From Anaerolineae bacterium (GTDB lineage: Bacteria > Chloroflexota > Anaerolineae > JAAYZQ01): a stretch of DNA of 64,000 bases. This document shows, in pieces, positions 41,395 to 51,506 of the stretch (position 1 is the stretch's first letter; every line of letters begins with the position of its first letter). The notes beneath the pieces were generated by a model. That model had not been told where the DNA came from. It saw nothing but the letters and a program-made list of their open reading frames with translations, and ran no database searches. Both the position numbers and the translations under genes were made by a program. The stretch spans positions 39,023-103,022 of the forward strand of contig DAOTXL010000002.1 in the NCBI GenBank assembly GCA_034435455.1, read 5' to 3'.

Positions 41395-42150
41395 TTATTT
41401 GATCAGGTCAAAGATCATCTTGGCGGCGATCAGCCACAGCAGCACGCCGATGATCTTTTTCAGTTGGGCACTGGACAATTTGGTCTTCATCACCTGCGAG
41501 CCGACGATGGAGCCCGCCCCCGCCATCACGGCCATCAGCCCGACGAACAGGGGGTCCAGCCGGCTCATCGTCGCGTGTCCCAGAAAGCCGGAGAGCGACG
41601 AAAAGACCACGACCAGGGACGTCGTCCCGGCGGCGACTTTGGGGTCCAGCCCGATCCAGTTGAGCACCGGCAGGACAAAGTTCCCCCCGCCGACGCCCAG
41701 CAGGCCGCCCAGGAATCCGGCCACGGCGCCCACCCCCACGCCCGCGCCGACTTCCGTTCCCCGGCCCAGAGACTGCTCCCGTGCCTTTGCCCGGTAGAAG
41801 AGCATCATAAAGCCCGCGAAGACCAGGAAAGCCGCAAAGAGGCCGAGCAGCAGACGCTTGTTCACGTGGGGCGTCAGTCGGGCACCGACCGGCGAGAGGA
41901 TGACCGCTGCCACCAGCACCGGCAGTCCCACGCGCCAGTTGACCAACCTCCCCCGCCAGTAGTTGATGGCGGCCAGCAGCAGGCTCACGACGTTCAACAG
42001 CAGGGCCGTCGGCGTGGCCTCCGCCAGCGGAACGCCCAGGTAGTAGAAGAAGGGCACAAACAGAAACGCCGCACCGATGCCCGCCATGGCCAGCAGGCCG
42101 GAGAAGAGAAAGACCACCAGCGCGCTGAGGACGTAAAAAACGGGACTCAT
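41395..42150 (-). CDS. TauE/SafE-family (DUF81) sulfite/anion exporter (paralog 1)
   Basis: 251 aa, 7-8 TM, glycine-rich GGLLGVGGG repeats. Confidence 0.75.
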   Translation of the reverse strand: MSPVFYVLSALVVFLFSGLLAMAGIGAAFLFVPFFYYLGVPLAEATPTALLLNVVSLLLAAINYWRGRLVNWRVGLPVLVAAVILSPVGARLTPHVNKRLLLGLFAAFLVFAGFMMLFYRAKAREQSLGRGTEVGAGVGVGAVAGFLGGLLGVGGGNFVLPVLNWIGLDPKVAAGTTSLVVVFSSLSGFLGHATMSRLDPLFVGLMAVMAGAGSIVGSQVMKTKLSSAQLKKIIGVLLWLIAAKMIFDLIK

Positions 42151-42560
42151 TGGGGGTCTCCCCCCTGCGCCCGGCGTTGCCGCGCGGCACGAACTTTGCC
42201 CGGCATCAGTTCCGGGAACAGGCTGGCATACCCACCCGGCATAATGCGGATATTCTCAAAGCCCTGGGCGTGCAGATAGGCAAAGGCCACATTGGCGCGG
42301 TCGCCGCCGGAGCAGAAAGTGACCACCAGTTTATCGCGCGGAATCTCGTTCAGCCGTGCCGGCAACTCGTTGATGGGAATCTCCAGAGCAAAGGGGAAAG
42401 CGACGAACTCCTTCTCCTCCGGAGTTCGCACATCCAGCAGGACCGCTTCGCCCTTTGCCCATTTCTCAAAAAAGACGGATGGTTCAACCTTGTGCTGACC
42501 GGTGCTCCAGTAGTCAAAGTCCAGCCCGCTCAGCCACTGAGAGAAGAGATCGTTGGACAT
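42147..42560 (-). CDS. Single-domain rhodanese-like sulfurtransferase
   Basis: Active-site loop FCSGGDRA; 4-nt overlap with tauE start; GGAGGTG RBS. Confidence 0.75.
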   Translation of the reverse strand: MSNDLFSQWLSGLDFDYWSTGQHKVEPSVFFEKWAKGEAVLLDVRTPEEKEFVAFPFALEIPINELPARLNEIPRDKLVVTFCSGGDRANVAFAYLHAQGFENIRIMPGGYASLFPELMPGKVRAARQRRAQGGDPQ

Positions 42561-42588
42561 TGTTCACCTCCAAAGAATGAGATTGGGG

Positions 42589-42643
42589 GGTAGCCGAAGG
42601 CATTGCCTTCGGCTACCCTGAAACTTCGGCTACCCTGAAACTT
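42589..42643. repeat. 12-bp perfect GC hairpin (ggtagccgaagg-cattg-ccttcggctacc) followed by 17-bp direct repeat x2 (cggctaccctgaaactt) overlapping tauE stop
   Basis: Seen directly; lies between tauE (42642..43562) stop and rhodanese RBS. Confidence 0.7.
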
Positions 42644-43562
42644 ACCAGATGTGAACCCCGAAGTAGTTCAGGACGAACTTGAGGGCGACGTACAGGAAGT
42701 AGAGGCCGAAGATGAATTTGAGGGTGTGGGGCTTGAAGCGCTTGATGATGGCCGCGCCGACCTGGGCGCCGATGATCGTCCCGCCGCCCAGCAGGCCACC
42801 CGCCACCAGTGCCACAAAGCCCTGGGCCACTTTGATCAGCCCGCCCACCAGCGCCAGCGGGACCATCACCGCCAGCGAGGTGCCCATGGTGATGTAGACG
42901 GGAGCGGAGAAGAGGTAGATGAGACCGGGCACCAGCGCGTAGCCGCCGCCCAGCCCGGCGACGCCGGTGGCGATGCCCACGATGAAGCCAAAGAGGGCCA
43001 TCCCCCAGCCACTGCCGGGGATCTCATGGCCCTCCTTCTTCGCCGGCCCCCTGCCGGTGAAGCCCTGGACCCCCTCCCAGATCATGCGGATGGCCGGCCA
43101 GAGGAAGAGCAGGCCCAGAACTAGCCCCAGCAGGGCTTGTTGGTTGGCGATGAGGGTGAAAATCCAGGAACCCAGGAGGACGCCCAGGACGCCTCCCCCA
43201 CCCAGCCATAGGGTCGCCCGCCGGTCCAGGTTGCGCCGCACCAGATGCCCCCACGCCCCGGAGGTGGCGGTAAAGATGACGGCAAAGAGGGTCGTGCCCA
43301 CTGCCAGCGAGGCCGGGAAGCCCATCCAGAAGTGGATGATGGGCAGCATCACACTACACCCGCCGGTGCCGATGAGACCACCTAGAAGACCGGCGAAGAA
43401 GCCCACTATCAGCAGGAGGATCACCTGCCCGACGCCAATGGACGGTTGACCCTCGGCCGTCTGACCGGCCAGCGCAGCCCAGACGACAATGACGGCCACG
43501 ATGGCCAGCAGCACCAGGGTGACGATTTGGGTCCGATACCACGGAGTCTTTTCAGCAGCCAT
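42642..43562 (-). CDS. TauE/SafE-family (DUF81) sulfite/anion exporter (paralog 2)
   Basis: 306 aa, 8 TM, GGLIGTGGC / GLGGGY motifs; GAGGAGGTG RBS. Confidence 0.75.
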   Translation of the reverse strand: MAAEKTPWYRTQIVTLVLLAIVAVIVVWAALAGQTAEGQPSIGVGQVILLLIVGFFAGLLGGLIGTGGCSVMLPIIHFWMGFPASLAVGTTLFAVIFTATSGAWGHLVRRNLDRRATLWLGGGGVLGVLLGSWIFTLIANQQALLGLVLGLLFLWPAIRMIWEGVQGFTGRGPAKKEGHEIPGSGWGMALFGFIVGIATGVAGLGGGYALVPGLIYLFSAPVYITMGTSLAVMVPLALVGGLIKVAQGFVALVAGGLLGGGTIIGAQVGAAIIKRFKPHTLKFIFGLYFLYVALKFVLNYFGVHIW

Positions 43563-43580
43563 ATTTCACCTCCTCATATA

Positions 43581-43652
43581 ACTCGACAATGTTCGATTTG
43601 ACCTCTCCCCTACCCCCTGGCCCCCTTCCGGGTTGGGGGATGGGGTAAGGTC
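43581..43652. repeat. Palindromic intergenic repeat element (copy B), same family as 3531..3650 but without heptamer expansion
   Basis: tcgacaatgttcgatttgacctctcccctaccccctggcccccttccgggttgggggatggggtaaggtcc; near-identical to reverse complement of copy A arms. Confidence 0.8.
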
Positions 43653-43771
43653 CATCTTGTTGTCATTAAGGCGTAGCCGCCGGTGGCGGACGCGAGGTCC
43701 AGGGTTCGCATCCGCCCATGCACAGGCAGCGGGTTAGCTGGCGATAACATCTTTGCTTCACCTTCCTGCCT

Positions 43772-43936
43772 CTATCCACAGCGCATCCGCAGCGCCGCCT
43801 CGACCCGTTTGGCAATCACCTCTTTCACAAACTCGTAGATCGCTTCCGGGTCATTCTGCTGCGCCAGCCGCATCACCTGACGCACCTCGTCTTCCTCCAG
43901 GATGATCAGCGTCTTTTCGATCGGTTCTTTGCCCAT
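43772..43936 (-). CDS. Hypothetical 54-aa protein (MGKEPIEKTLIILEEDEVRQVMRLAQQNDPEAIYEFVKEVIAKRVEAALRMRCG)
   Basis: Not in ORF track (<60 aa); ATG immediately follows TAG of cysteine desulfurase; paralogous to 45054..45272. Confidence 0.4.
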   Translation of the reverse strand: MGKEPIEKTLIILEEDEVRQVMRLAQQNDPEAIYEFVKEVIAKRVEAALRMRCG

Positions 43937-45073
43937 CTACAACGCCTGCTGCAGGGCATCCACAGCATACTCGATCTCCTCTGCTGTGGTGAAATAACCG
44001 GGGCTGAAGCGCAGCGCGCCACACTCCAGCGTGCCGGCGGTACGGTGGGCCTGGGGCGCGCAGTGCAGCCCGGCCCGCGTGGCCACGTCGAACACTTTGT
44101 CCAGCACGGCGGCCAACTGGTCGGGGAAATAGCCCTCGACGGTGAGCGACACCACCGCCGTGCGCTGCTCCAGGTCGTGCGGCCCCAGGATCGTCAGGTC
44201 GGGGATGGCCTGCAACCCCTCGATGAGCAGGCGGGTCATGGCCATCTCGTGGGCACGGATGCGCTCCACACCCTGCTCCAGCACAAAGCGCACCCCGGCC
44301 AGCAGCCCGGCGATGCCGGCTGCGTTCTGCGTGCCGGCCTCCAGCCGGGCAGGTAACTCCTCCGGCATCGTCTCTGGCCGTGACAGAATGCCCGATCCAC
44401 CCTCGATCCAGGTCTCCAACGCAATGCCAGGCCGGACCACCAGGCCGCCCGTGCCATGAGGGCCGAACAGCCCCTTGTGGCCGGCAAAGGCCAGCAGGTC
44501 AATGCCCATCGCCTCCATGTCAATGGGCACCGCGCCCGCCGTCTGGGCGGCATCCACCAGGAACGACACCCCGCGATCCCGGCAGATCGCGCCCACCTCA
44601 GCGATGGGCAGCACCGTGCCCAGGACGTTGGAGGCATGCAGCATGGCCACCAGCCGCGTGTTCGGGCGCAACGCCGCCGCCACGTCCGCCGGGTCCAGCG
44701 TCCCGTCAGGGGCACAGGCCACGGCGGTCAGTTCCACGCCGCGCCGTTCCAGCGCCTTGAGCGGTCGCCACAGCGCGTTGTGCTCGATGGAGGAGGTCAC
44801 GACATGGTCGCCCGGCCGCAGCAGCCCCTTGAGCGCCAGGTTGAGCGCCTGGGTGGCGTTCAGGGTAAAGGCCACGCCCTGGGGATCGGGGGCGCGGAAC
44901 AGTTCAGCCAGGGCGGCACGGGCCTCATCGGCCAGGCGCTGCGCCTCCTCCTCGCGGCGGTGACCGCCCCGTCCTGGGGTGGCGCCCACCTGGCGCATGA
45001 AATGGTCCACGGCCCGGTAGACCGCCTCCGGCTTGGGCCAGCTCGTGGCCGCGTTATCCAGGTACACGCCCAT
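43937..45073 (-). CDS. Class V aminotransferase-fold cysteine desulfurase (NifS/CsdA/SufS-like)
   Basis: PLP lysine in GHKGLFGPHGTG; C-terminal …AGLHCAPQAH active-site Cys; ATG 45073 with GAGGAAAAGG RBS. Confidence 0.8.
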   Translation of the reverse strand: MGVYLDNAATSWPKPEAVYRAVDHFMRQVGATPGRGGHRREEEAQRLADEARAALAELFRAPDPQGVAFTLNATQALNLALKGLLRPGDHVVTSSIEHNALWRPLKALERRGVELTAVACAPDGTLDPADVAAALRPNTRLVAMLHASNVLGTVLPIAEVGAICRDRGVSFLVDAAQTAGAVPIDMEAMGIDLLAFAGHKGLFGPHGTGGLVVRPGIALETWIEGGSGILSRPETMPEELPARLEAGTQNAAGIAGLLAGVRFVLEQGVERIRAHEMAMTRLLIEGLQAIPDLTILGPHDLEQRTAVVSLTVEGYFPDQLAAVLDKVFDVATRAGLHCAPQAHRTAGTLECGALRFSPGYFTTAEEIEYAVDALQQAL

Positions 45074-45272
45074 CCTTTTCCTCGATGCTTCCGTCTTGGC
45101 CAGGCAGGAGGCCGCGACGGCGTGCGGCCTCTCGCACACGGGGGACCACGGTCCGCCGAAAGAAGGCCACCGCGCCCGCGGGATCGCGGTCCAGGACCAC
45201 CTGTTTCATCTCAACGACATCCGGCCCCTCCAGGGTCAACCAGATGCGGCGCGGCTGACTCATCGGTTCCAT
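45054..45272 (-). CDS. Hypothetical 72-aa protein paralogous to 43772..43936
   Basis: IWLTLEGPDVVEMKQVVLDRDPAGAVAFFRRTVVPRVREAARR aligns with KTLIILEEDEVRQVMRLAQQNDPEAIYEFVKEVIAKRVEAALR; 20-nt overlap with desulfurase start. Confidence 0.4.
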   Translation of the reverse strand: MEPMSQPRRIWLTLEGPDVVEMKQVVLDRDPAGAVAFFRRTVVPRVREAARRRGLLPGQDGSIEEKDGRVPG

Positions 45273-45276
45273 CCGT

Positions 45277-45954
45277 TCACGCGATCCACAAAAAGTACAA
45301 ACCCACGCCGATGATGATCACACCGCTGACCCGTTCAATGACCGACGACCAGCGGCCCAGCGCCTGAAACTGCTTGAGAGCGCCGGTAAAGGTCCCGGCG
45401 AGCACAATCGGCACGCCGCGCCCCAGGGCATAGATGAACAGCAGCGCTGCGCCATAGACCAGCGCCCCCTCCTGGCTCATCACGTAGGTCAGGATGGCGG
45501 CCAGCACCGGCGTGGCGCACTGCGAGGCCACCAGTCCCGAGACCAGCCCCAGGGCCAGCGCCCCGGGCAGTCCCCGCAGCCGGATCCGCTCCCGCAGGCG
45601 GCCCACGCCCGGCACTTCCGGCAGGTGGAACGCGCCCAGCATGGACAGGCCGATCAGCAGGCAGACGACGGCCACGACATAGTACCACACCCGCGACGTG
45701 CCGCCGATCAGCCCGCCGACCAGGCTGGCCACCACGCCCAGCAGCATGAAGGTGATCGCCAGGCCGACGGCGAAGGTCAGCGACAGGGCCAGCGACCGGC
45801 CGCGAGACAGGTTGTGGGATCCCCCCACATAGCCGATGACCAGCGGGATCATGGCCACATTGCAGGGGCCGATGCTGGTCACGATTCCTCCCAGGAAGAC
45901 GAGCAAGCAGGCCAGCAGCGAACTGGCCCGCAGGACCGAGGGATCAAAGTCCAT
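45277..45954 (-). CDS. ccdA: Cytochrome c biogenesis / thiol-disulfide transporter CcdA (DsbD beta-domain)
   Basis: GPCNVAM and ASQCATP Cys motifs, 6 TM; ATG 45954. Confidence 0.8.
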   Translation of the reverse strand: MDFDPSVLRASSLLACLLVFLGGIVTSIGPCNVAMIPLVIGYVGGSHNLSRGRSLALSLTFAVGLAITFMLLGVVASLVGGLIGGTSRVWYYVVAVVCLLIGLSMLGAFHLPEVPGVGRLRERIRLRGLPGALALGLVSGLVASQCATPVLAAILTYVMSQEGALVYGAALLFIYALGRGVPIVLAGTFTGALKQFQALGRWSSVIERVSGVIIIGVGLYFLWIA

Positions 45955-45956
45955 GC

Positions 45957-46565
45957 TTACTGTCCCCCCGCCAGTTTCTGCATCTGCTCGCGGAACTGGT
46001 CCGGCGTCATGGCCCCCATGACCACCCAACCCTGCCCGGTCCGGTCGAAAAAGATCTGGGTCGGGATGGCACGAATGCGGGCACGCTGTAACAGGCTGGC
46101 GTTGGCTTTGTCATAGACGTTGACATCAACCAGCGCCACCGACTCGGCGAACTCGGGATAGACCTGTTGGACGACCTCCATCATCTTGATGCACTGCACG
46201 CAGTTGTTCGAGTGGAAAAAGGCCAGCGTCGGCTGGCCGGCTGCCAACAGCCGCTCCAGTTGTGCTTCCGGCAGGTCGTCGGCCAGGGCGGACCTCTGGG
46301 CTGCCGGGGCGGTGGCCGTCGCCTGACTGCCGGCCGGCTCCAATTCGGCGGTTGCCCGGGTCTGGCCCACGGCCTCGGGCAGGGTGGCGGTCGCCTGCGG
46401 CTCGCTTTCGGCCACAGCCGGCGGCTCAGTGGGCCGGTTCTTGAGGATCAGAACGGCGGCCACCAACAGCGCCACCCCGCCCAGGATGGCCAGTTGGGGC
46501 CAGCGCGCCCTTGGCGTCGGCTGTGGTTTTGGCGAGGGCCGTGCCCTGCGGTGTCTCTTGGTCAT
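45957..46565 (-). CDS. Membrane-anchored TlpA/ResA-like thioredoxin (NNCVQC active site)
   Basis: N-terminal TM, Ala/Thr-rich linker, thioredoxin fold with CxxC. Confidence 0.75.
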   Translation of the reverse strand: MTKRHRRARPSPKPQPTPRARWPQLAILGGVALLVAAVLILKNRPTEPPAVAESEPQATATLPEAVGQTRATAELEPAGSQATATAPAAQRSALADDLPEAQLERLLAAGQPTLAFFHSNNCVQCIKMMEVVQQVYPEFAESVALVDVNVYDKANASLLQRARIRAIPTQIFFDRTGQGWVVMGAMTPDQFREQMQKLAGGQ

Positions 46566-46711
46566 GGCGGTTTCCTCTTCTATCTCGCTTCTCTTCTGCT
46601 CCCCACCTGCCCTGCCGGATAGGCCAGGGTGCCCGCCGTGGGCCGGTGAGGCCGAGACCCCCGGCTCTCACCGGCCACGAGGGCGGGCGCCGTTGCTTGC
46701 CCGGCACACGG

Positions 46712-47098
46712 CTACGCGGTGCTCGCCACGGCCTCGTGGATGGCCTTGATCGCCACCTGGAGCTCCTCGTCGCCATACTGCATCGGCGGGCCTTTTCGCA
46801 GACTACAATCCTGCACCAGGTTGATGGCCCGGTCGGGCGTGAAGCCGGCCCGCTCGACGATCTTGCGGGCGCAGTTCAGCGGACAGCCGTCCACGGTGAT
46901 GATCCGCTGGGCGGCGCGCGTCTTGTCCAGCACCATCCGGGCCTCGGTGGCCAGCCCACCCAGGCAAAAGATGCCGGCCTTCTGCGGCCCGACCTGTCGA
47001 ATCACCTCCAGGCCGGCCAGGCCGGTCAGCGTGCCCACGTTGGACAAACAGCCGAAACAGACAAACAAGGCGTTCTCGGGTACATTGTCGGTAGTCAT
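46712..47098 (-). CDS. DGC-domain putative metal-binding protein (copy 3)
   Basis: LFVCFGCLSNVGTLTG…ITVDGCPLNC. Confidence 0.6.
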   Translation of the reverse strand: MTTDNVPENALFVCFGCLSNVGTLTGLAGLEVIRQVGPQKAGIFCLGGLATEARMVLDKTRAAQRIITVDGCPLNCARKIVERAGFTPDRAINLVQDCSLRKGPPMQYGDEELQVAIKAIHEAVASTA

Positions 47099-47110
47099 GG
47101 CCTGCTCCCG

Positions 47111-48271
<1,161 letters not shown>

Positions 48272-48310
48272 CTTTGAAACCCTCCTTAATTTAGAATTTT
48301 TGTAGATTTT

Positions 48311-49210
48311 CTAAGCATCTGCCCGAGGCTGTCGTACCACCAACACCGGTTGGCGGCTGAGACGCAAGACATTCTCGAGAGTGCTCCCCGCCAACAATTC
48401 CCGCAGCGCGCTGCGCCCTTGCGAACCGAGGATGATCAGGCACACCTCTTGCTCATCGGCCACCTTCAACGTCTCGCGAAAGGGGATGCCATGGCGGATC
48501 ATCACCGTGCTGGGCAGTCCATAGAGCAGCAGGTCGCGCTGCATCCGCTCCAGCCGTCGCCTGTCCTCCCGGTCAAAGATGGTGATCTGCTCTTCCGACC
48601 GGTGCTTCATCAACCGCTCATCCTGCACATGCAACAGGATCACCTCTTCGGTGCCGACGGCTTTCAGCCGTTTGACGATCTGAAAAGCGGCGTTGGCACA
48701 CTCGGAAAAGTCGGTCGGGTGCAACACCCGCCTGAACATCGTCCCACACACTCGCCGGCACTCGACATGGCCCAGCTTGCGCACCACATCAAATTTCTGG
48801 ATCAGCACCGGCACGGGGGCGCGGCGCACCACCTCGTGAGCCACACTGCCCAAGAGAAGCTCCTGAGCGACCGTCTTGCCCTGCGCCCCCATGACGATCA
48901 GGTCCACCCGTTCCTCCCCCGCGACCCGCACGATCTGCGCCGCCGGAGATCCGTATTCAACCCGGCTGACCACCCGCAATCCCTGGCCTTCCAGGGCCAT
49001 CCGCGCGATGTGCAACTGTTCTTCAGCACTCCAGCGCACCCGTTCCAGGCTCTCCCGGTTCACCGTCTCAGGAAGAGGCACATCGCTCTCACGGATAGTG
49101 AACAACAACACGACAACGCCCATGCCGGCTACCTTGAGCTCCGGCAGGCAGGCAAACACGGCGTTGGCATAGGCCGAAAAGTCGGTCGGGAAAAGCACCC
49201 GCGCAAACAT
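48311..49210 (-). CDS. Tandem universal stress protein (two UspA domains)
   Basis: Two repeats of …LFPTDFS…VMGAQGK…PVPVL / …LHPTDFSE…ILGSQGRS…PVLVV; ATG chosen at M11 of ORF track. Confidence 0.75.
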   Translation of the reverse strand: MFARVLFPTDFSAYANAVFACLPELKVAGMGVVVLLFTIRESDVPLPETVNRESLERVRWSAEEQLHIARMALEGQGLRVVSRVEYGSPAAQIVRVAGEERVDLIVMGAQGKTVAQELLLGSVAHEVVRRAPVPVLIQKFDVVRKLGHVECRRVCGTMFRRVLHPTDFSECANAAFQIVKRLKAVGTEEVILLHVQDERLMKHRSEEQITIFDREDRRRLERMQRDLLLYGLPSTVMIRHGIPFRETLKVADEQEVCLIILGSQGRSALRELLAGSTLENVLRLSRQPVLVVRQPRADA

Positions 49211-49224
49211 ATCCCACCGGTCGG

Positions 49225-49599
49225 TTATCCCTGCCGGCACTCCGGGCAGATGCAGTCGGGATGGTGACGGGGTCTGCCCGCCGGTCCCAGGACGGCATCC
49301 AGCACCCGCATCACCTGTGGGTCGCTCAGCCGGTAGTAGATGTACAGGCCCTCGCGGCGGCTATCCACCAGGCCGGCATCCCGCAGGGCGCGCAACTGCT
49401 GGGAAACATAGGGCTGGCGCTGCTTCAGCACCGTCTGCAGATGGCAGACGCAGGCTTCCTCCCGCCGCCGCAGCGCATCCAGGATGCACAGCCGCGCCGG
49501 ATGGGACAGGAGACGCAACAACTGCGCCATCTGCTGATAGGAGCTCGTATTGCTTTCCACCTCACACCTCCCGGCAGGTAAAGCGTCAGCCTGCCCCAT
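49225..49599 (-). CDS. arsR: ArsR/SmtB-family metalloregulator with CVCH metal site
   Basis: HTH …EEACVCHLQTVL…VSQQLRALRDAGLV; extra C-terminal Cys pair CICPEC; start uncertain (49599 or 49530). Confidence 0.8.
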   Translation of the reverse strand: MGQADALPAGRCEVESNTSSYQQMAQLLRLLSHPARLCILDALRRREEACVCHLQTVLKQRQPYVSQQLRALRDAGLVDSRREGLYIYYRLSDPQVMRVLDAVLGPAGRPRHHPDCICPECRQG

Positions 49600-49609
49600 T
49601 CCCGCACCC

Positions 49610-49864
49610 TTACACTTCCTCCGCCATCAGGGCATTGACCAGCCAGGTTGTCACCTCGGCCCTGGTCGGAATGCGCCCGGCGCTGACAACCTTTCCATTG
49701 ACAACCAATCCCGGTGTGAACATGACGTTATAGGCCATGATTTCGTCCAGGTCGGTCACTTTGCTGAGCGTGGCCTCTATGTCCATCTCCAGGATCACGT
49801 CGCGCACCAGCCTGTATAAGCGGTGACAATTGGCACATTCTGCCCCCAAAACCTTGACGTCCAT
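49610..49864 (-). CDS. Small thioredoxin-fold redox-active disulfide protein (CANC active site)
   Basis: 84 aa, MDVKVLGAECANCHRL…; family commonly adjacent to arsenical permeases. Confidence 0.7.
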   Translation of the reverse strand: MDVKVLGAECANCHRLYRLVRDVILEMDIEATLSKVTDLDEIMAYNVMFTPGLVVNGKVVSAGRIPTRAEVTTWLVNALMAEEV

Positions 49865-49960
49865 TTGAACAACCCTTTCTTGTATTTGTTTACTGCAGAG
49901 ACGCAGAAGCCTCCATTACGGTTCTCCCCAGCGTTCTCTGCGTCTCTGCGGTGTATCTGA

Positions 49961-51439
49961 TCACTCGCCGGCAGAAGCCTCGGCCGGGGCCACGACCCGC
50001 CGGGTGTGCCGCTCCACCAGCGTGAGGCCCAACACCAGTACGGCCACAAAGCCGGCCAGGTAGAGCGCGATCCAGCCGATGCCCATCCCATCCTTCCACA
50101 GGCCGTACAGCAGCCCGGCGATGGTGCTGAACAGGGCCACCCAGACGACGTAGGTCCAGGCCTTGCGCCGGCCGATGATGACCGAGATCATCAGGATGCT
50201 CTGCAGGCTCAGCTCCGGGTCGGCCATCAGATAGGCCAGCAGCGGCCCGGGGTGCATCCCCAGGCTGAGGAACATGTTGGCGATCGGCACCTCGACCAGC
50301 GTCGGAAAGTACATGAACACGCCAAAAGCCACACCGGCCAGGGCGCCCAGGACGGTGTTCCGCCCGGCCAGCGCCTCGATCCACTCCGGCTTGATGAGCT
50401 GCCGGATGACGCCCACGCCAAAGACGCCGACGACCAGCAGCGGAAAGATCTGCCTGACAAAGCGCCACGACTCCCACAGCCACTCCTGAATCTTGTCCGC
50501 CTCCAAATGGCGCCGCGCCACGTAGCCCAGCGCCAGCAGCGCCCCGGCCACGGCAAAGAACTTGCCCGGGAAGCGCACCTCCAGCCCGGCAGCGGTGGCC
50601 TGCATCCCGGTCGCGGCCACCAGCAGCGTCAGGACGATCAGCCCCAGCGTCACCCATGTCCAGCGGTTGAACTTTTCGTCCACATGGTTCAGCCCGAACC
50701 AGGCGCTCACCCCGATCAGGATCAGCAGGCCGATCAGGATGAGTCCCTGGACGCTGACCCCCTCTTCCCCCTTGCTGGCGTCAAAGGGCACCACCTGGTT
50801 GAGAAAGCCCTGCAGGCTGTCGGCGCCGCCAAACGGCAGCGTCACCCGGGCATAGGAGTTGAGCAGCACCGGCAGCTTGAGGGTGCCGAACAGCAACAAC
50901 GCCACCAGCAGCAGCACAAAGACCCAGTTCTGGGTGGGCACCCGCCCCTTGACGGCAAAGGGGTCGTTGGTCGCCTCGTCGTGGCGGGCGTCTTCCCGCC
51001 TGAAAATGAGGGCCATGATCAGGCCGATGCCGATGCCGAAGGTCAGCGACAAGAGCAGCCGGGCGATGGCCAGGTCCAGGCCGATGGCCACACCGGTATA
51101 GGCCAGGGCCAGGATGTTGGCTGCCGGGGCAAAAAACAGGAAGGTGATGGCCGGCCCCAGCCCGGCGCCCTTTTTGTAGATGCCGGCGAACAGGGGCACG
51201 ATGGTGCAGGAACAGACGGCCAGCACCGAGCCGGCCAGGGCTGCCGCCGGGTAGGAAACCCACTTGGGCGCATTCCGCCCCAGGAAGCGGGTGATGGCTT
51301 CCTTGGGGATCAGCGCTGCCAGCGCCCCGGCGATGAAAAAGGCCGGCAGCAGGCACAAAAGCACGTGGGCCGCCAGGTAAGCGGCCAGGTTGCCCAGGCC
51401 ACCCTGCAGCAGCCTGGTTAAGAACGATACGATCTCCAT
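49961..51439 (-). CDS. DUF318-family permease, ArsP-like (conserved CSC motif in TM region)
   Basis: 492 aa polytopic; …SVLAVCSCTIVPLFAGI…; GGAGGAAG RBS. Confidence 0.65.
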   Translation of the reverse strand: MEIVSFLTRLLQGGLGNLAAYLAAHVLLCLLPAFFIAGALAALIPKEAITRFLGRNAPKWVSYPAAALAGSVLAVCSCTIVPLFAGIYKKGAGLGPAITFLFFAPAANILALAYTGVAIGLDLAIARLLLSLTFGIGIGLIMALIFRREDARHDEATNDPFAVKGRVPTQNWVFVLLLVALLLFGTLKLPVLLNSYARVTLPFGGADSLQGFLNQVVPFDASKGEEGVSVQGLILIGLLILIGVSAWFGLNHVDEKFNRWTWVTLGLIVLTLLVAATGMQATAAGLEVRFPGKFFAVAGALLALGYVARRHLEADKIQEWLWESWRFVRQIFPLLVVGVFGVGVIRQLIKPEWIEALAGRNTVLGALAGVAFGVFMYFPTLVEVPIANMFLSLGMHPGPLLAYLMADPELSLQSILMISVIIGRRKAWTYVVWVALFSTIAGLLYGLWKDGMGIGWIALYLAGFVAVLVLGLTLVERHTRRVVAPAEASAGE

Positions 51440-51506
51440 GTAAGTCTTCCTCCATTATCTGTTATCTGTTCATGACCTTTATCGAATATTCAAAATTATG
51501 GATATA

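Noticed and set aside
40324-42279. 651-aa plus-strand ORF
   Set aside because: Antisense to AhpD-like, FmdE, TauE and rhodanese genes. Composition is Arg/Gly/Gln-rich with no motifs.
43680-43735. tRNA-like fragment (gaggtccagggttcgcatccgcc)
   Set aside because: Resembles a T-arm (GGTTCGAATCC), but position 58 is C, not A. No acceptor, D or anticodon arms can be drawn on either strand. Probably a chance match or a degraded tRNA remnant.
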